A stretch of DNA of 61,528 nt, filler included, from 5 parts of 5 records of this genome joined end to end with filler, not necessarily neighbours in it, one strand, 5' to 3'; positions 1 through 11,356 are shown, counted from the first letter of the whole stretch. The notes: generated by a model from the letters alone, not told the origin. Numbers and translations: made by a program.

Positions 1-1095
1 GACAGGATCTTGAAGGGGCGCCTCCGGCGCCCCTTTTTCCATTAGGGCACGGATCTCGCGAAAGTCTTTTGCCTGGGCAGCCAGCGCCTGTGACTCATCG
101 ACCAGAGCGAAGGCTGCGTCGGCCAGTTTGCCCGAGTCCCCCTTATGGGCGAACAGGATTTCCCGGATCACTTCTTTTCCAGCGATGATGTTGGGCAGTC
201 CGATAAAGCGCGTCGTCGCCTTCTTGAACATGCGCACCTGGGCGCCCTCGGCGACATAGGTCAGGATGTGCGGTACGCCGGCAAGGGCGAGCTCGAGCGT
301 AACGGTACCGCTCACCGCAACCGCAGCAATAGCTTGTTCGATGGCCGACTGGCGATCCTGTGGAGTGACCACCACCAAAACCGGGATCGACCATTGAGCC
401 ACCATGCGCGAAATGCGGGCCGCTTGTGATCGTGTTGAGAGAATGATGAAACCGGTGACAGACGGGTGGGCCGACAAGCGCTGGGCCACATCGGCCATCA
501 TGGGGAGATGACGCGATATCTCTCCCCTGCGGCTGCCGGGGAGCAGCAGGATGGGGCCGGCGGCTGGCTGGGCCAACCGCATGGGACATTTTTTAAGAGC
601 TGGGTGCCCGACATAGGCAGTTTGCGGCCCGCCGAGACTTCGCATTGCCTCAGGTTCGAACGGGAGGACGCTGAGCACCTCGTTGAAAATCCCTGCCAGC
701 TTTCGGGCCCGCTCGGCGCCCCAGGCCCAGACGGCGGGGGCGACGTAGAGGATAATAGCGCCTTTGTACCCTCGCTTACGCAGGGATCGCGCCACGACCT
801 TGGAGAAGACCTGTGCGTCGATGAGGACGACCACATTCGGTTGCTGCCGCAAGACGGCAGAGACGACCTGACGCGCCCGCCACAGCAACAGGGGAAGCCG
901 TACAATGACGTCGCGATAGCCCATGACCGCCAGATCGTTGATGGAAAAGAGCGAGGAGAGCCCCTCGCCTTCCATGGCGTCGCCGCCAACGCCGGATAGA
1001 GAAAGGTCGGGCCGAGAGCGTCGCAGGCCGGCCATCAGATTGGCACCAATGCGGTCGCCTGAAGCCTCGCCAGCGAGAATGAAAACGCTAGTCAT
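1..1095 (-). CDS. lpxB: Lipid-A-disaccharide synthase, 3' end runs off the window
   Basis: Absent from the ORF track because it has no stop in the window. Manual translation from ATG at 1095 gives MTSVFILAGEASGDRIGANLM...LAVMGYRDV...PNVVVLIDAQVF, matching the LpxB AGExSGD motif. It overlaps the lpxI stop, in the canonical lpxA-lpxI-lpxB order. Confidence 0.93.
   Translation of the reverse strand, partial: MTSVFILAGEASGDRIGANLMAGLRRSRPDLSLSGVGGDAMEGEGLSSLFSINDLAVMGYRDVIVRLPLLLWRARQVVSAVLRQQPNVVVLIDAQVFSKVVARSLRKRGYKGAIILYVAPAVWAWGAERARKLAGIFNEVLSVLPFEPEAMRSLGGPQTAYVGHPALKKCPMRLAQPAAGPILLLPGSRRGEISRHLPMMADVAQRLSAHPSVTGFIILSTRSQAARISRMVAQWSIPVLVVVTPQDRQSAIEQAIAAVAVSGTVTLELALAGVPHILTYVAEGAQVRMFKKATTRFIGLPNIIAGKEVIREILFAHKGDSGKLADAAFALVDESQALAAQAKDFREIRALMEKGAPEAPLQDPV
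13..38 (+). terminator. Intrinsic terminator-like hairpin inside the lpxB 3' region, probably serving a convergent gene outside the window
   Basis: AAGGGGCGCC-TCC-GGCGCCCCTT followed by TTT. Confidence 0.55.
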
Positions 1096-1915
1096 CTTGC
1101 GCCGCTATGCCGATGAGTGCGATGCCCGCGGCATCAGCAGCGGCAATGACTTCGGACCGTCCGATCAGCAGGGTACGGCCGGTCTCGACGACAATGGCCT
1201 CGATGCCCGTTTTTTGGGCCAGAGTGACTGTATTTTTGCCGATAGCAGGAAGATCGACATGAAGGGGTTGGCCGGGCTTTGCGGTTTTGGCCAGAACCAG
1301 GTGGCCGCGCCCGTCTCCGATCAGGCCGCGCTCGCGGTAGACGCGACACCTTGTGAGGAGTTCGTCGGTGCCGCCGATGTCTTCGGTCGCAACAATTCGA
1401 GCTCCAGCGACCACGAGCGCCTGCCCGAGATCGAGGGCGCCAGCCCTCCGGGCGGCGGCAAAGGCAAACTCTGCGGTGCGAAGCAGCTCGCCGTCGGCAG
1501 ACACCGCACCAATCTGCCCCTCGGCCGCGAGAAGGTCCGAAACGATCTCATGCACACCGATGAAAGGCAGGCCCAAGATCTTGAGCAGCGCGGCGCCGAG
1601 TTGCGACAGCTTGCTGTCCCCTTTCGAAGCGACGTCGTTGTCGCCGGCAAACTCGGCAAAGGTCTCGCGTTCTCGGTCCGACATGTGCATGCCGCCCACG
1701 GCACAGACGTGGGTGGCCTTGAACCGCCGGATTTCGCGAAGAACCTGGTCGGGGCGGGACACCTTGATCTGAAAGGGATGCTCGGCATCCAGATCGGCGC
1801 GCGGATGGAGCGCGAGGACGCGGATTTCCCAGCCGGCAGCGCGCGCGGCAGCAATGGCCTGGGGAACAAGATCGCCCGACCCTGCGACCAGCGCCAATCG
1901 GCCGGGCATTGTCAT
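1088..1915 (-). CDS. lpxI: UDP-2,3-diacylglucosamine diphosphatase LpxI
   Basis: LALVAGSGDL, LDLGQALVV, EDIGGTDELL and KTAKPGQ..DLPAIG motifs; lies between lpxA and lpxB. Confidence 0.92.
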   Translation of the reverse strand: MTMPGRLALVAGSGDLVPQAIAAARAAGWEIRVLALHPRADLDAEHPFQIKVSRPDQVLREIRRFKATHVCAVGGMHMSDRERETFAEFAGDNDVASKGDSKLSQLGAALLKILGLPFIGVHEIVSDLLAAEGQIGAVSADGELLRTAEFAFAAARRAGALDLGQALVVAGARIVATEDIGGTDELLTRCRVYRERGLIGDGRGHLVLAKTAKPGQPLHVDLPAIGKNTVTLAQKTGIEAIVVETGRTLLIGRSEVIAAADAAGIALIGIAAQDD

Positions 1916-2721
1916 TGCTCGGGTGGCGCGCCATTGCGCGGCATGCAGAGCGCGCGCTCGGACGGCTTGCGGATGAACTCGATGACTTCCTCAACGAGCG
2001 CTTGGCCCTCGAAGATTTCGGCGGCATCCTCGATGCGTTCACGCAGCGTACCCTCGCTCGAAAAAATCATGCGATAGGCGGCCCGCAGGGCATGGATTGA
2101 TTCCCGATCGAACTTGCGGCGCTTGAGTCCCACAAGGTTAAGCCCACCGAGATAGGCACGATTTCCAAGAACCGACCCGTAAGGAATGACGTCGTTTTCG
2201 ACAAAGGACATGGCGCCGACGAACGCGTGGGCGCCGATGCGGACGAATTGATGGACGCCGCAGATGCCGCCAAACCGGACATAATCATCGACGACGCAAT
2301 GGCCAGCCAGGGACGCCTGATTGGCCATGACTACATGATTGCCGACAAGGCAATCATGTGCGATGTGTACGCCGACCATGAGCAGGCAATTGTTGCCAAC
2401 CCGGGTTTCCATGCCGCCGCCAGACGTGCCGGGATTGATCGTCACGTATTCGCGCAACACGCAATCGTCGCCGATCGAAACCGTGCTCGGCTCACCCTCG
2501 AATTTGAGATCCTGCGGCGGGTGTCCGATGGACGAAAAGGGGTAGATGGTCGTTCGGGCGCCTACCGCGGTGCGGCCGTCGATGGAAACATGAGAAACGA
2601 GCCTCGCCCCATCACCCAAGGTAACATCGTCGCCCACAATGCAATAAGGGCCGACTTGAACGTCTTCGCCCAGCGTAGCGTTGTTGCTGACGATGGCTGT
2701 GGGATGGATCGATGCGGTCAC
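1912..2721 (-). CDS. lpxA: Acyl-ACP--UDP-N-acetylglucosamine O-acyltransferase
   Basis: Hexapeptide repeats, [29 protein letters not shown]. Confidence 0.97.
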   Translation of the reverse strand: MTASIHPTAIVSNNATLGEDVQVGPYCIVGDDVTLGDGARLVSHVSIDGRTAVGARTTIYPFSSIGHPPQDLKFEGEPSTVSIGDDCVLREYVTINPGTSGGGMETRVGNNCLLMVGVHIAHDCLVGNHVVMANQASLAGHCVVDDYVRFGGICGVHQFVRIGAHAFVGAMSFVENDVIPYGSVLGNRAYLGGLNLVGLKRRKFDRESIHALRAAYRMIFSSEGTLRERIEDAAEIFEGQALVEEVIEFIRKPSERALCMPRNGAPPEQ

Positions 2722-3206
2722 GCTTTTTCCTTGACGATCATCGCGCCGATTTCAGCTTCGGCGACGACAACGCCGTCCACGATGGCCTTTGCCTCATAGC
2801 GTCCGACCGTCTTGCGGCGGTGAATTTTCCTGATGTGGTACTCAAGCTTGTCGCCCGGCTTGGCGGGTTTGCGGAACTTCACGCCGTCCACCGTCAGGAG
2901 ATAGACGATGTGCTTGTCGCCGGACTTGTTCTCGAGGTTGATGACGATGGCACCAGCGGTCTGGGCCATGCCTTCAATGATAAGCACGCCGGGGAAAATG
3001 GGCTCGCCGGGGAAGTGCCCTTGGAACTGCGGCTCGTTGAACGTGACGTTCTTGATACCAATGGCGGAGTCGTCGCCATTGATTTCAATGATGCGATCGA
3101 TCATCAGGAACGGATAGCGATGCGGCAGCGCCTTGAGAACATCATCGATCTGCATGGTTGAGAGTTCGGTGGCCTGTCCGGCCGCATCTGGACTGAGGGT
3201 ACTCAA
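2718..3206 (-). CDS. fabZ: 3-hydroxyacyl-ACP dehydratase
   Basis: [12 protein letters not shown] and [22 protein letters not shown]. Confidence 0.97.
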   Translation of the reverse strand: MSTLSPDAAGQATELSTMQIDDVLKALPHRYPFLMIDRIIEINGDDSAIGIKNVTFNEPQFQGHFPGEPIFPGVLIIEGMAQTAGAIVINLENKSGDKHIVYLLTVDGVKFRKPAKPGDKLEYHIRKIHRRKTVGRYEAKAIVDGVVVAEAEIGAMIVKEKA

Positions 3207-4225
3207 GTCTTATCCCCTTTTGACAACCGTCTTATCGCTACGATTTCTCGCTTCCACATCTTTACATCCTGCGCGGGCGCTCCGGCAATATTGGAGCCAG
3301 CCGGAAAGTTGTGGGTAACTCCGGAACGGGCAAGAACCAGTGTGTTGGCGCCGAGGCGCAGATGCCCCGCCGTGCCCGCACCGCCGCCCATGACGACCCC
3401 ATCTTCGAGAACAGTGGAGCCCGACAGCCCGCACATACCCGAAATTACGCAATTGCGACCGATACGGCAGTTGTGGCCTACCTGAACAAGATTGTCGATC
3501 TTGGTGCCTTCACCGATGACCGTATCGCCGAGTGTGCCTCGATCGACTGTGGTGTTGGCGCCAAGCTCGACGCGGTCCTGGATGATGACGCGCCCGAGTT
3601 GGGGAATCTTGCGATGCCGATCTGCGCGCAGCTGGAATCCGAAACCTTCAGCACCGATGACGACGCCGGGCTGAATGACGACTTCATTGCCGAGATGGGC
3701 GCATTCGATAGAAACGTTGGAGCTAATGACGCAGTCGCGGCCGATCGTAACACCGGCGCCGATGGTAGTGTTGGCGCCGACAACTGTACCCGACCCGATC
3801 TGAGCGCCTGCGCCGACCGTAACATTGGCACCGAGAACCACGCCGGGCTCAATCAGTGGCAGGGGTTCAGTGCGCATCGACGCGCGGATGATTGCAGCGC
3901 CGTCATCAGGATACAGGACGTTCAGGATGTCTACGAAGACATCATAGGGCTTTTCGCAGATTATCGCCGTAGCATGCCCCGGCACCGACACTGCCAGCTC
4001 AGCGGTGACCAGCACCGCTCCTGCGCCGCTGCGCACAAGCTGATCGGCATAAGCTTTACTGGCCGCGAAAGAAATGCTGGCAGGACCGGCGTCGGCAAGA
4101 TCGCTGGCCCCGTCGATGGACGAGGCCGAGGTCAAATCGTCGGCGAGTGCCTCGTGCCCCGCCGCGCTTAGCAGATCGGACAGAAGCAGCGGGCCAGTGC
4201 ACTCGTGAAATCGGGGATCGATCAT
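3203..4225 (-). CDS. lpxD: UDP-3-O-acyl-glucosamine N-acyltransferase
   Basis: Hexapeptide repeats, [35 protein letters not shown]. Start set at MIDPRF, downstream of the intergenic hairpin. Confidence 0.95.
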   Translation of the reverse strand: MIDPRFHECTGPLLLSDLLSAAGHEALADDLTSASSIDGASDLADAGPASISFAASKAYADQLVRSGAGAVLVTAELAVSVPGHATAIICEKPYDVFVDILNVLYPDDGAAIIRASMRTEPLPLIEPGVVLGANVTVGAGAQIGSGTVVGANTTIGAGVTIGRDCVISSNVSIECAHLGNEVVIQPGVVIGAEGFGFQLRADRHRKIPQLGRVIIQDRVELGANTTVDRGTLGDTVIGEGTKIDNLVQVGHNCRIGRNCVISGMCGLSGSTVLEDGVVMGGGAGTAGHLRLGANTLVLARSGVTHNFPAGSNIAGAPAQDVKMWKREIVAIRRLSKGDKT

Positions 4226-4235
4226 TGCTGCGCCT

Positions 4236-4279
4236 GAAAAAGAAACCGCGGCTCTGATACGCCGCGGTTTCCGTTTTTT
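4236..4279. terminator. Hairpin between bamA and lpxD with A/T tracts on both sides
   Basis: AAAAAGAAACCGCGGC...GCCGCGGTTTCCGTTTTTT. Confidence 0.5.
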
Positions 4280-4296
4280 CAATAAGGGCGGACGAT

Positions 4297-6417
4297 TTAG
4301 AACAGGGTCGAAAGCGTCAGCTGGAACACCTGGGTCCGATCGAAGGTATCGGGTTCGATCACGTGGGCAAAATCACCCCGCAGCGGACCAAGCGGCGATT
4401 CCCAGATCAGCGAGCCGCCGACCGAAGATTTCAGCGGGTTGCCGATGCCGGCGGCTGTTTCGTATCCGCCAGCGGGAATGCCGTCGATCCAGCCAACATC
4501 ACCCCAGACCGCACCGCGTAAGCCCCAGTTTTCGGGCAGGAAGGGCAGCGGGAAGTCGATTTCGGCGGACAACCCAGCGTAGGAGAGCACCCCAAGCGCG
4601 TCGCCGGTTCCGGCTGCTCGAGCGCCCATTCCACCAAAGCGGTAGCCGCGAACGAGGTTTGGCCCGAGCTGGAAAGTATCTGTGGGGTGGATGCCGCTGC
4701 CACCAATATCGGTGATCGTGCCGGCCTGGCCACGCAAGCTACCAACGACGCCCATTTCTTCCCAGATCGGATAGTAAACACGCGCCCGGACTTCGGTCTT
4801 TAGGAAGTCGGCAGTGAGCGTTGTGTAGTCCTGCGAGAAGGAGAGAATCATGCCTTCGGTGGGACGCTGCTGGTTGTCGAGAGTATCGTAGGTGAGCGTG
4901 TAGCCGACAGTAAGTCTGTCACGCGTCCCACCGATATAGGCAGGAGCGGCAGGAGCCTCATCATCGGTGAAGGTTACCTGTTCGAGCCCGAGCCTTGTTG
5001 TGAGCGTCAGGTCCTGAGCAACCGGAAGGCCGAAACGCAACTGACCGCCAGTGGTTTCGGTACCATACGAGAATGTCGAACCCTCGACAGTCACCCGGCG
5101 ATAGGCGTCTACACCAGCAGAGATGCGCAGACCCATGAACCGCGGCTCAGTGAAGCTGAAATCATAAGTCTCACCGTTTTCGGAACGGCCAAGGGCGATA
5201 CGCAGATACTGGCCACGTCCCAGGAAGTTGCGCTCAGTGAGCGAGATTTCACCGAAAATGCCATCGCGCGTCGAGTAGCCGGCGCCGACACCATAATCGC
5301 CAGTGCTGCGTTCGACGACCGAGACATTGAGAATGACGCGATCGGGCGCGCTGCCTGGAGCAGACGTAACCTGCACCGAAGAGAAGAACCCCAGAGCCTC
5401 GATATCCGCACGGCCCTTGGTCACCAGCGCGCGGTTGAACGGATCGCCTTCGGCGAAGTCAAACTCACGGCGGATGACGAAATCGCGGGTCTTGGTGTTA
5501 CCGGTGATGTTGATGCGCTCGACATAAACACGCGGACCTTCATCGACCAGATAGGTAATGTTGAAGGTATTGTTGTTGATGTCACGATCAATGCGCGGGC
5601 GAACTTCAGCGAAGGGATAGCCCTGATTGGTGGCACGCACCGCAAGCTCTGACGTGGACTGGCTCAGCTCAGAGATCGAATAGCGGCTACCCGACCCGGT
5701 GCTGATTCCGCCGCGCAAGGCGTTGGCATCGAGGCCAGGGATCGAGGTTTCAATGGCGACGCTGCCGAAATCGTAACGCTGGCCTTCGTCGACCGTGAAG
5801 TTGATGAAGTAGGCATTGCGGGTTGCGTCGAACTCGGCGACCGAGGACAGCACGCGCGCATCGGGGAAGCCGCGATTGGCGTAGTAAAGCCGGACGCGCT
5901 CACGGTCGACGGCAAGGCGGTCTTCGCTATAAAGATCGTCGCGGAAAAGCCAGCTGAAAATGTGGGTTTCCTTGGTGCTGACGACACCCTTGAGCACCAT
6001 CGAGCTTATGGAATTGTTGCCGGTGAAGTTGATCGCAGCAATACCTGCGCGATCACCCTCGTTGACCTGAAAGAAGACGCGAACCCGGCCATCCGTGGCC
6101 GGCTCGGTCCTGGAGGTCACTGTAACGTTGGAATAGCCGGCCTGGGTGTAGGCGGCCTGGATGGTCTGGATGTCGTTGGCAATACCGGCCTGGGTGTAAA
6201 CCCGGCGCTGGGCCACATCGACCATTGCCGAAAGCTGATTGTCATTGAAGCGGCTGTTGCCGTCGAACCCGATTGCCGAGACCTCGGTCCCCTCAGCCAC
6301 CTGGGCCTGCGCAGGCGAGACACTCATAACCAGCGCAGCACTTCCGATGAAAGGCGCAAAGGTGAAAAGCGCCATGGCTAGGAGGACGCTGTGCAAAAGC
6401 TTGGCTGATTTCATCAT
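4297..6417 (-). CDS. bamA: Outer membrane protein assembly factor BamA (706 aa, apparently 4 POTRA domains)
   Basis: Signal peptide, POTRA repeats, [36 protein letters not shown] and a C-terminal Phe; lies between rseP and lpxD. Confidence 0.96.
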   Translation of the reverse strand: MMKSAKLLHSVLLAMALFTFAPFIGSAALVMSVSPAQAQVAEGTEVSAIGFDGNSRFNDNQLSAMVDVAQRRVYTQAGIANDIQTIQAAYTQAGYSNVTVTSRTEPATDGRVRVFFQVNEGDRAGIAAINFTGNNSISSMVLKGVVSTKETHIFSWLFRDDLYSEDRLAVDRERVRLYYANRGFPDARVLSSVAEFDATRNAYFINFTVDEGQRYDFGSVAIETSIPGLDANALRGGISTGSGSRYSISELSQSTSELAVRATNQGYPFAEVRPRIDRDINNNTFNITYLVDEGPRVYVERINITGNTKTRDFVIRREFDFAEGDPFNRALVTKGRADIEALGFFSSVQVTSAPGSAPDRVILNVSVVERSTGDYGVGAGYSTRDGIFGEISLTERNFLGRGQYLRIALGRSENGETYDFSFTEPRFMGLRISAGVDAYRRVTVEGSTFSYGTETTGGQLRFGLPVAQDLTLTTRLGLEQVTFTDDEAPAAPAYIGGTRDRLTVGYTLTYDTLDNQQRPTEGMILSFSQDYTTLTADFLKTEVRARVYYPIWEEMGVVGSLRGQAGTITDIGGSGIHPTDTFQLGPNLVRGYRFGGMGARAAGTGDALGVLSYAGLSAEIDFPLPFLPENWGLRGAVWGDVGWIDGIPAGGYETAAGIGNPLKSSVGGSLIWESPLGPLRGDFAHVIEPDTFDRTQVFQLTLSTLF

Positions 6418-6623
6418 GATTGTTCTTGCTTGCCTTTTGAGACTTGGACCGGGAATCGTCTCAAGACATGGATTCCCCCATACTCCGATGACAGGTTTTA
6501 CCTGTTTTTACTCAACGAGCAAGGCGAAACCCCCTGCCCTGCGGCCAAAAGATGGCCAGTCATGTATTCATGCAACACTTGCTAACCCCTTGATACCGCG
6601 CGCTGCCTGCCGCTGGCCAGACT

Positions 6624-7733
6624 TCAGACCAGATCGTTGATCAGCGTAAAAACCATCAGCGTACACACCAGGACAAAGCCGATGCGGTATCCGATTTCCT
6701 GAACGCGCTGGCTCAGGGGACGGCCGCGCACAGCCTCGTAGAGGTAGTACATCAGGTGCCCACCATCCAGCATCGGGACTGGGAACAGGTTAATTATGCC
6801 AATGTTTAGCGACAAAAGTGCCGTAAGGTTAACCAATGCTAACAGGCCGAGCGTGGCGACTTCGCCCGAAACCTGCGCCATACCGACCGGTCCGGCAACC
6901 TGATCGAGATCGGCCCTGCCTATGAAAATGTCGCCAAGGAAGTTCAGCGTCCGGTCGATGATGAACGAGATTTCCTCAAACGTCATACCGACCGCTTCCA
7001 AAGGTCCGGGGTGGTAGAGCACGATATCGCCTTCACCGACATCGCGGGTGACACCCATCCGACCCACCTTGAGATCACGTCCGAAACGGGTCGTGATCGT
7101 TTCGCTACGCGGGACCAACGACAGGCTCACCTGCTCGCCATCGCGCTCAATGACCATAGGAACTGTGCGCTCGGGTGCTGTTGAGACAATCCTTTGAACA
7201 TCCTCAAAGCCGCGGATGGCGTAGCCATCCACCGACAGAAACCGGTCTCCGGATTCCAGCCCCGCCATGGCCGCCGGCGAATCAGCGAGCACGTCACCCA
7301 CTACAGGATCAAGAGTGAGGCGCCCGTAACCAAGAAGCATCGCATAGAGAATCAGGAAGGTGAGGATAAAATTTGCAGCCGGGCCTGCAACGACGACGGC
7401 CATGCGCTGGAAGACGGATTTGTTGGCGAACAGATTGGCCCGGATTGCCGGGTCGTACCGGTCAGTATCGGGGTCGGGCATGCTTGCCGCGTTCATGTCG
7501 CCGGTGAACTTGACGTAGCCGCCAAGCGGAAAAGCCGCGATGCGCCACCTCGTGCCCCGCTTGTCGTTCCAACCGATCAATTCGGGCCCAAAGCCGATCG
7601 AGAAGGCGTCGATCGCCACACCGTTCCAGCGGGCAACGAGATAGTGCCCCATCTCATGGACGAAGACGATGACCGTCAGAACAGCCAGGAAGGGTATGAT
7701 GTAGTTCAGAAAGAACGGAAGTTCACTGATCAT
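6624..7733 (-). CDS. rseP: RIP metalloprotease RseP
   Basis: HEMGH, FSIGFGP, PLGGYVKF, a PDZ domain and NLFPVPMLDGGH. Confidence 0.96.
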   Translation of the reverse strand: MISELPFFLNYIIPFLAVLTVIVFVHEMGHYLVARWNGVAIDAFSIGFGPELIGWNDKRGTRWRIAAFPLGGYVKFTGDMNAASMPDPDTDRYDPAIRANLFANKSVFQRMAVVVAGPAANFILTFLILYAMLLGYGRLTLDPVVGDVLADSPAAMAGLESGDRFLSVDGYAIRGFEDVQRIVSTAPERTVPMVIERDGEQVSLSLVPRSETITTRFGRDLKVGRMGVTRDVGEGDIVLYHPGPLEAVGMTFEEISFIIDRTLNFLGDIFIGRADLDQVAGPVGMAQVSGEVATLGLLALVNLTALLSLNIGIINLFPVPMLDGGHLMYYLYEAVRGRPLSQRVQEIGYRIGFVLVCTLMVFTLINDLV

Positions 7734-7802
7734 CGAAATCCCTTTGGAGCGGCGCCGTCACAAGCGACAGGCTATGGCGGCTCAATGCGTCGAATTGACG
7801 TT

Positions 7803-8678
7803 CTACCAGAACAGAATGCCTTGCGGTACCGCGCCGAGCCCGCGATTGGCCAGACCGATACACCAAAGGACGATGCCAGCCGAAGTCAGGCTGTCGATAC
7901 GGTCCATGAGCCCCCCGTGCCCGGGGATTATGTCACCGCTGTCCTTGACGGCAAAGCGGCGCTTTACCGCACTTTCGGCCAGATCACCCAACTGACCGGA
8001 AATCGAGATAACGACCGAAATCAGAAGCCCGATAGCAAAGGGCGACGGCGTATCGAGCGCCCAGCCGGCGAGAAACCAAACGGCAATGCCGCTTAACGTG
8101 CCCGCGCACAACCCGCCGGCGGCGCCCGACCAGGTCTTGGAGGGAGACACATCAGGGGACAATTTGGCTCCCCCGACGATACGGCCGACAAAATATGCGC
8201 CGATGTCAGTCATCCAGACAACCGACACCAAAAAGACGCCGGCCCATATGCCAACGCCCGAACTCCCCCGAATGGCGAGAAACGCGATGGTTGCGAAGCC
8301 GAAAAATACGATACCACCAATACGCCAGTGCCGGTTGGGCGCTTTGACAAACAGAGCCAACACAATAGCGACACCAAAAACGATGGCGCTGGTCCACGCC
8401 CCATTCATCGGATGGGCGACGGCGGCTATGGCAATCATTCCCATGAAAAATACTGCCGGCCATGCCGACTGGCGTCCGGTTATCATGGCTTCCCATTCGC
8501 GATAGGCGCCCGCCATGACGAGCGCTATGAGAAGGGCGAAGGGGATCCAGCCTGCGACCAAGGCAATGGCAGTGAGGGGGATAAGGACGATGGCCGAGAG
8601 CAAACGCGGCAGGAGATCCGGTCCGAAAGGCCAAAACCTTGCGTAAGCTGTCGTCGCCCTACCCTTTTTTTCGGTCAC
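7803..8678 (-). CDS. cdsA: Phosphatidate cytidylyltransferase
   Basis: SPSKTWSG and GDLAESAVKRRFAVKDSGDIIPGHGGLMDRIDS. Confidence 0.96.
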   Translation of the reverse strand: MTEKKGRATTAYARFWPFGPDLLPRLLSAIVLIPLTAIALVAGWIPFALLIALVMAGAYREWEAMITGRQSAWPAVFFMGMIAIAAVAHPMNGAWTSAIVFGVAIVLALFVKAPNRHWRIGGIVFFGFATIAFLAIRGSSGVGIWAGVFLVSVVWMTDIGAYFVGRIVGGAKLSPDVSPSKTWSGAAGGLCAGTLSGIAVWFLAGWALDTPSPFAIGLLISVVISISGQLGDLAESAVKRRFAVKDSGDIIPGHGGLMDRIDSLTSAGIVLWCIGLANRGLGAVPQGILFW

Positions 8679-9424
8679 GTCCTGATACCGCCAAACCGTC
8701 TGTCGCGTTCAGTGTAGGACTTGAGTGCACGAACGAAAACCGATTCGTCGAAATCGGGCCAGTTCTCATCGACAAAGACCAGTTCAGCATAGGCGGACTG
8801 CCAGAGCAGGAAGTTTGAGAGTCTCATTTCCCCACTGGTGCGCAAGATAAGGTCCGGATCTGGAAGGCCCGCGGTATCGAGATGGCGGGTTATGGTCGCC
8901 TCGTCTATCTCTTCGGGCTTGAGTTCGCCGGCAGCGACCTTGCGTGCAATCGCCCGGGTAGCGGTCACGATCTCGGACTTGGCGCCATAGTTGAAGGCGA
9001 TAATCAGGTCGAGGCCCGTATTTCCAGCCGTCCGATTTTCCACGTCATCGATAATGCCGCGCAGACCGCGCTCCAGGCTTTCGCGATCGCCGATGATGCG
9101 AATGCGAACATTTTGCGCGTGGAGCTTTTCCAGGTCGGAGGCGACAAACCTCCGCAAAAGGCCAAAGATGAAGCGCACTTCGTCGGGCGGACGGCGCCAG
9201 TTTTCGGCCGAAAACGAGAAAAGTGTCAGGCACTGAACGCCATAGTCGATGGCGAGCGCCACGGTGCGGCGCACCGCCTCGACTCCTGCCTTATGACCCT
9301 CCGAGCGCCCCAAGCCGCGCTGTTTCGCCCACCGGCCATTGCCATCCATAATCACGCCGATATGGCGCGGGATCTTGAGATCTCGCTGCGGCTCTATCGA
9401 TACTGTTGCCGGATGTGTAGACAT
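8675..9424 (-). CDS. uppS: Undecaprenyl diphosphate synthase
   Basis: HIGVIMDGNGRWA, FSAENWRRP, RTSGEMRLSNFLLWQ. Confidence 0.97.
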   Translation of the reverse strand: MSTHPATVSIEPQRDLKIPRHIGVIMDGNGRWAKQRGLGRSEGHKAGVEAVRRTVALAIDYGVQCLTLFSFSAENWRRPPDEVRFIFGLLRRFVASDLEKLHAQNVRIRIIGDRESLERGLRGIIDDVENRTAGNTGLDLIIAFNYGAKSEIVTATRAIARKVAAGELKPEEIDEATITRHLDTAGLPDPDLILRTSGEMRLSNFLLWQSAYAELVFVDENWPDFDESVFVRALKSYTERDRRFGGIRT

Positions 9425-9459
9425 CGGTTTCCTCAGACCGGAGCCAATCCGGCGCCCGC

Positions 9460-10020
9460 CTAGACGTGCATGATTTCCTGTTCCTTGGCGCCCACAAGCT
9501 GATCGATCTCAGCAATCGCTTCGTCGGTCGCCTTCTGAACCCTGTCGGTCTCAGTGCGCGCGTCGTCCTGGCCCAGATCGCCATCCTTTTCGAGCTTGCG
9601 CAGCAGTTCGATACCGTCGCGGCGTACGTGACGGACGGCCACCCGCGCCTGCTCGGCATATTGATGAGCAACTTTGGAAAGTTCGCGGCGGCGCTCTTCG
9701 TTCAATTCGGGAAGCGGCACCCGAATGATCTGACCTTCAGCTATGGGATTGAGGCCCAGTGAGGATTCGCGGATCGCCTTATCAACTGCAGCAGCCATCG
9801 AACGGTCCCAGACCTGAACTGAGAGCATGCGCGGCTCGGGCACAGACACAGTGGCAACCTGATTGAGCGGCATCATCGAGCCGTAGGCATCGACCATGAT
9901 CGGTTCTAGCAAGCTGGCACTGGCCCGCCCGGTGCGCAATCCTGCGAGGTCGCCCTTCATCGATTCAATGGACTTTTTCATCCTCGTGCGGAGGTTTTCG
10001 AGTGAGAACGCTTCGGACAT
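9460..10020 (-). CDS. frr: Ribosome recycling factor
   Basis: [11 protein letters not shown] and [13 protein letters not shown]; start MSEAFS gives 186 aa. Confidence 0.97.
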   Translation of the reverse strand: MSEAFSLENLRTRMKKSIESMKGDLAGLRTGRASASLLEPIMVDAYGSMMPLNQVATVSVPEPRMLSVQVWDRSMAAAVDKAIRESSLGLNPIAEGQIIRVPLPELNEERRRELSKVAHQYAEQARVAVRHVRRDGIELLRKLEKDGDLGQDDARTETDRVQKATDEAIAEIDQLVGAKEQEIMHV

Positions 10021-10118
10021 CAAGTTTTCTCCCGGTCGTCTGCTGGGCGGCTCGGCCCGCAGTCGCCTGACCAATCGGTCAAACGATCATGTCATTTTTA
10101 CAATCGAAGCGCGCGGCG

Positions 10119-10832
10119 TCAGCCGACACGCGTGCTCGGTGTCCGTCCATCGAGAACGCCCACCAGACCCTCCTTGTCCGACAAGGCATAGACGATTATC
10201 GGCAAGCCATTGTCGCGCGCAAGAGCAAATGCGGCCGTATCCATGACTCGTAGGTCCTGAGCAATCACCTCCTCATGGGAGATGGCGTCGAATCTCGTGG
10301 CGGAGGGATCTTTTTCGGGATCGGCGGAATAGACGCCATCGACCTTGGTGCCCTTGAGCAGCACATCGCAACGCAACTCTATGGCCTTGAGCGCCGCGGC
10401 GGTATCGGTGGTGAAAAACGGATTGCCCGTGCCACCGGCGCAAATCACCGTTGCGCCGCCCTCAAGCGCAGCGATCGCGGCGCGCTGGGTAAAGGTATCG
10501 CAGATCGAGGGCATGGAAACCGATGAGAAGACGTGGGACCTGCCCCCTGCCCTGCGGATCGCATCGCCAAGAGCCAGGGAGTTGATAACCGTACCCAACA
10601 TGCCCATGTGATCGCCGATCACCCGGTCACCGCCCTTGGCGGCCACGGCCATGCCCCTGAAGATATTGCCGCCGCCGATAACGATGGCGACCTGCATCCC
10701 GGCGCGAGTCAGATCCACGATCTGGCGGGCGATCGCATTGAGGAATTCAGGCTCTATCCCATATGATTGGTCTCCGGCGAGGGCTTCGCCGGAGACCTTG
10801 AGCAAGACGCGTGAATAGCCGGTTCTGGACAT
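10119..10832 (-). CDS. pyrH: UMP kinase
   Basis: LLKVSGEAL, GGGNIFRG, GTGNPFFTTDTAA. Confidence 0.97.
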   Translation of the reverse strand: MSRTGYSRVLLKVSGEALAGDQSYGIEPEFLNAIARQIVDLTRAGMQVAIVIGGGNIFRGMAVAAKGGDRVIGDHMGMLGTVINSLALGDAIRRAGGRSHVFSSVSMPSICDTFTQRAAIAALEGGATVICAGGTGNPFFTTDTAAALKAIELRCDVLLKGTKVDGVYSADPEKDPSATRFDAISHEEVIAQDLRVMDTAAFALARDNGLPIIVYALSDKEGLVGVLDGRTPSTRVG

Positions 10833-10890
10833 TAAGGTGTCCTGCTTTCGAGCTTATTGCGACAACGAATCCGAAAAAATTTCGGCTACG

Positions 10891-11136
10891 TTACGCGGAG
10901 CCCGCAGCGGCGGCAACCTCGGCTGCGAAGTCAGATTCCTGCTTCTCGATACCCTCGCCGAGAGCGAAGAGCACGTAGCCGGCGACCTTGATCGGGGCGC
11001 CCACATCGGCCTCGGCGTTCTTGACGGCCTGTTCAACCGTATTTTCACCGTCGATGACGAATGTCTGGGCCAGAAGGGTCACTTCCTCGTAGTACTTGCG
11101 GATGCGGCCTTCGACCATCTTTTCGATGATGTTGTC
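10891..11136 (-). CDS. tsf: Elongation factor Ts, C-terminal part (5' truncated by contig end)
   Basis: [17 protein letters not shown] and [20 protein letters not shown]; upstream of pyrH. Confidence 0.95.
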   Translation of the reverse strand, partial: DNIIEKMVEGRIRKYYEEVTLLAQTFVIDGENTVEQAVKNAEADVGAPIKVAGYVLFALGEGIEKQESDFAAEVAAAAGSA

Positions 11137-11236
11137 NNNNNNNNNNNNNNNNNNNNNNNNNNNNNNNNNNNNNNNNNNNNTTAATTAATTAANNNNNNNN
11201 NNNNNNNNNNNNNNNNNNNNNNNNNNNNNNNNNNNN
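11137..11236. other. Artificial contig spacer
   Basis: N44-TTAATTAATTAA-N44. Confidence 0.99.
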
Positions 11237-11356
11237 TACGGACTCTCGGGACACTTCCTGTAAATTACCCAATTTGGGGTGGAGGAAGCTTTCATGACTA
11301 ACGAAGAACGAGACATTCAACGCAAGCTTAGAGTGCTCCAGCACGCCGATAATATC
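11237..11356 (+). mobile_element. IS481-family left-end remnant with a truncated transposase N-terminus
   Basis: RBS GGAGG, then ATG at 11294: MTNEERDIQRKLRVLQHA, resembling IS481 transposase N-termini; similarity is lost after about 20 codons. Confidence 0.65.

Noticed and set aside
143-999. Several ORFs in the track between 143 and 999
   Set aside because: The region is explained by lpxB in an open frame the track omitted.
923-2077. 384-aa + strand ORF
   Set aside because: Antisense shadow of lpxA/lpxI/lpxB with no recognisable motifs.
7733-7803. Absence of dxr between cdsA and rseP (and of skp after bamA)
   Set aside because: This gene order is common in Rhizobiales, and one contig cannot show genome-wide loss.
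11181-11192. Recurrent TTAATTAATTAA as a biological repeat or CRISPR repeat
   Set aside because: Always centred in N runs of identical length; it is an artificial all-frame stop linker.
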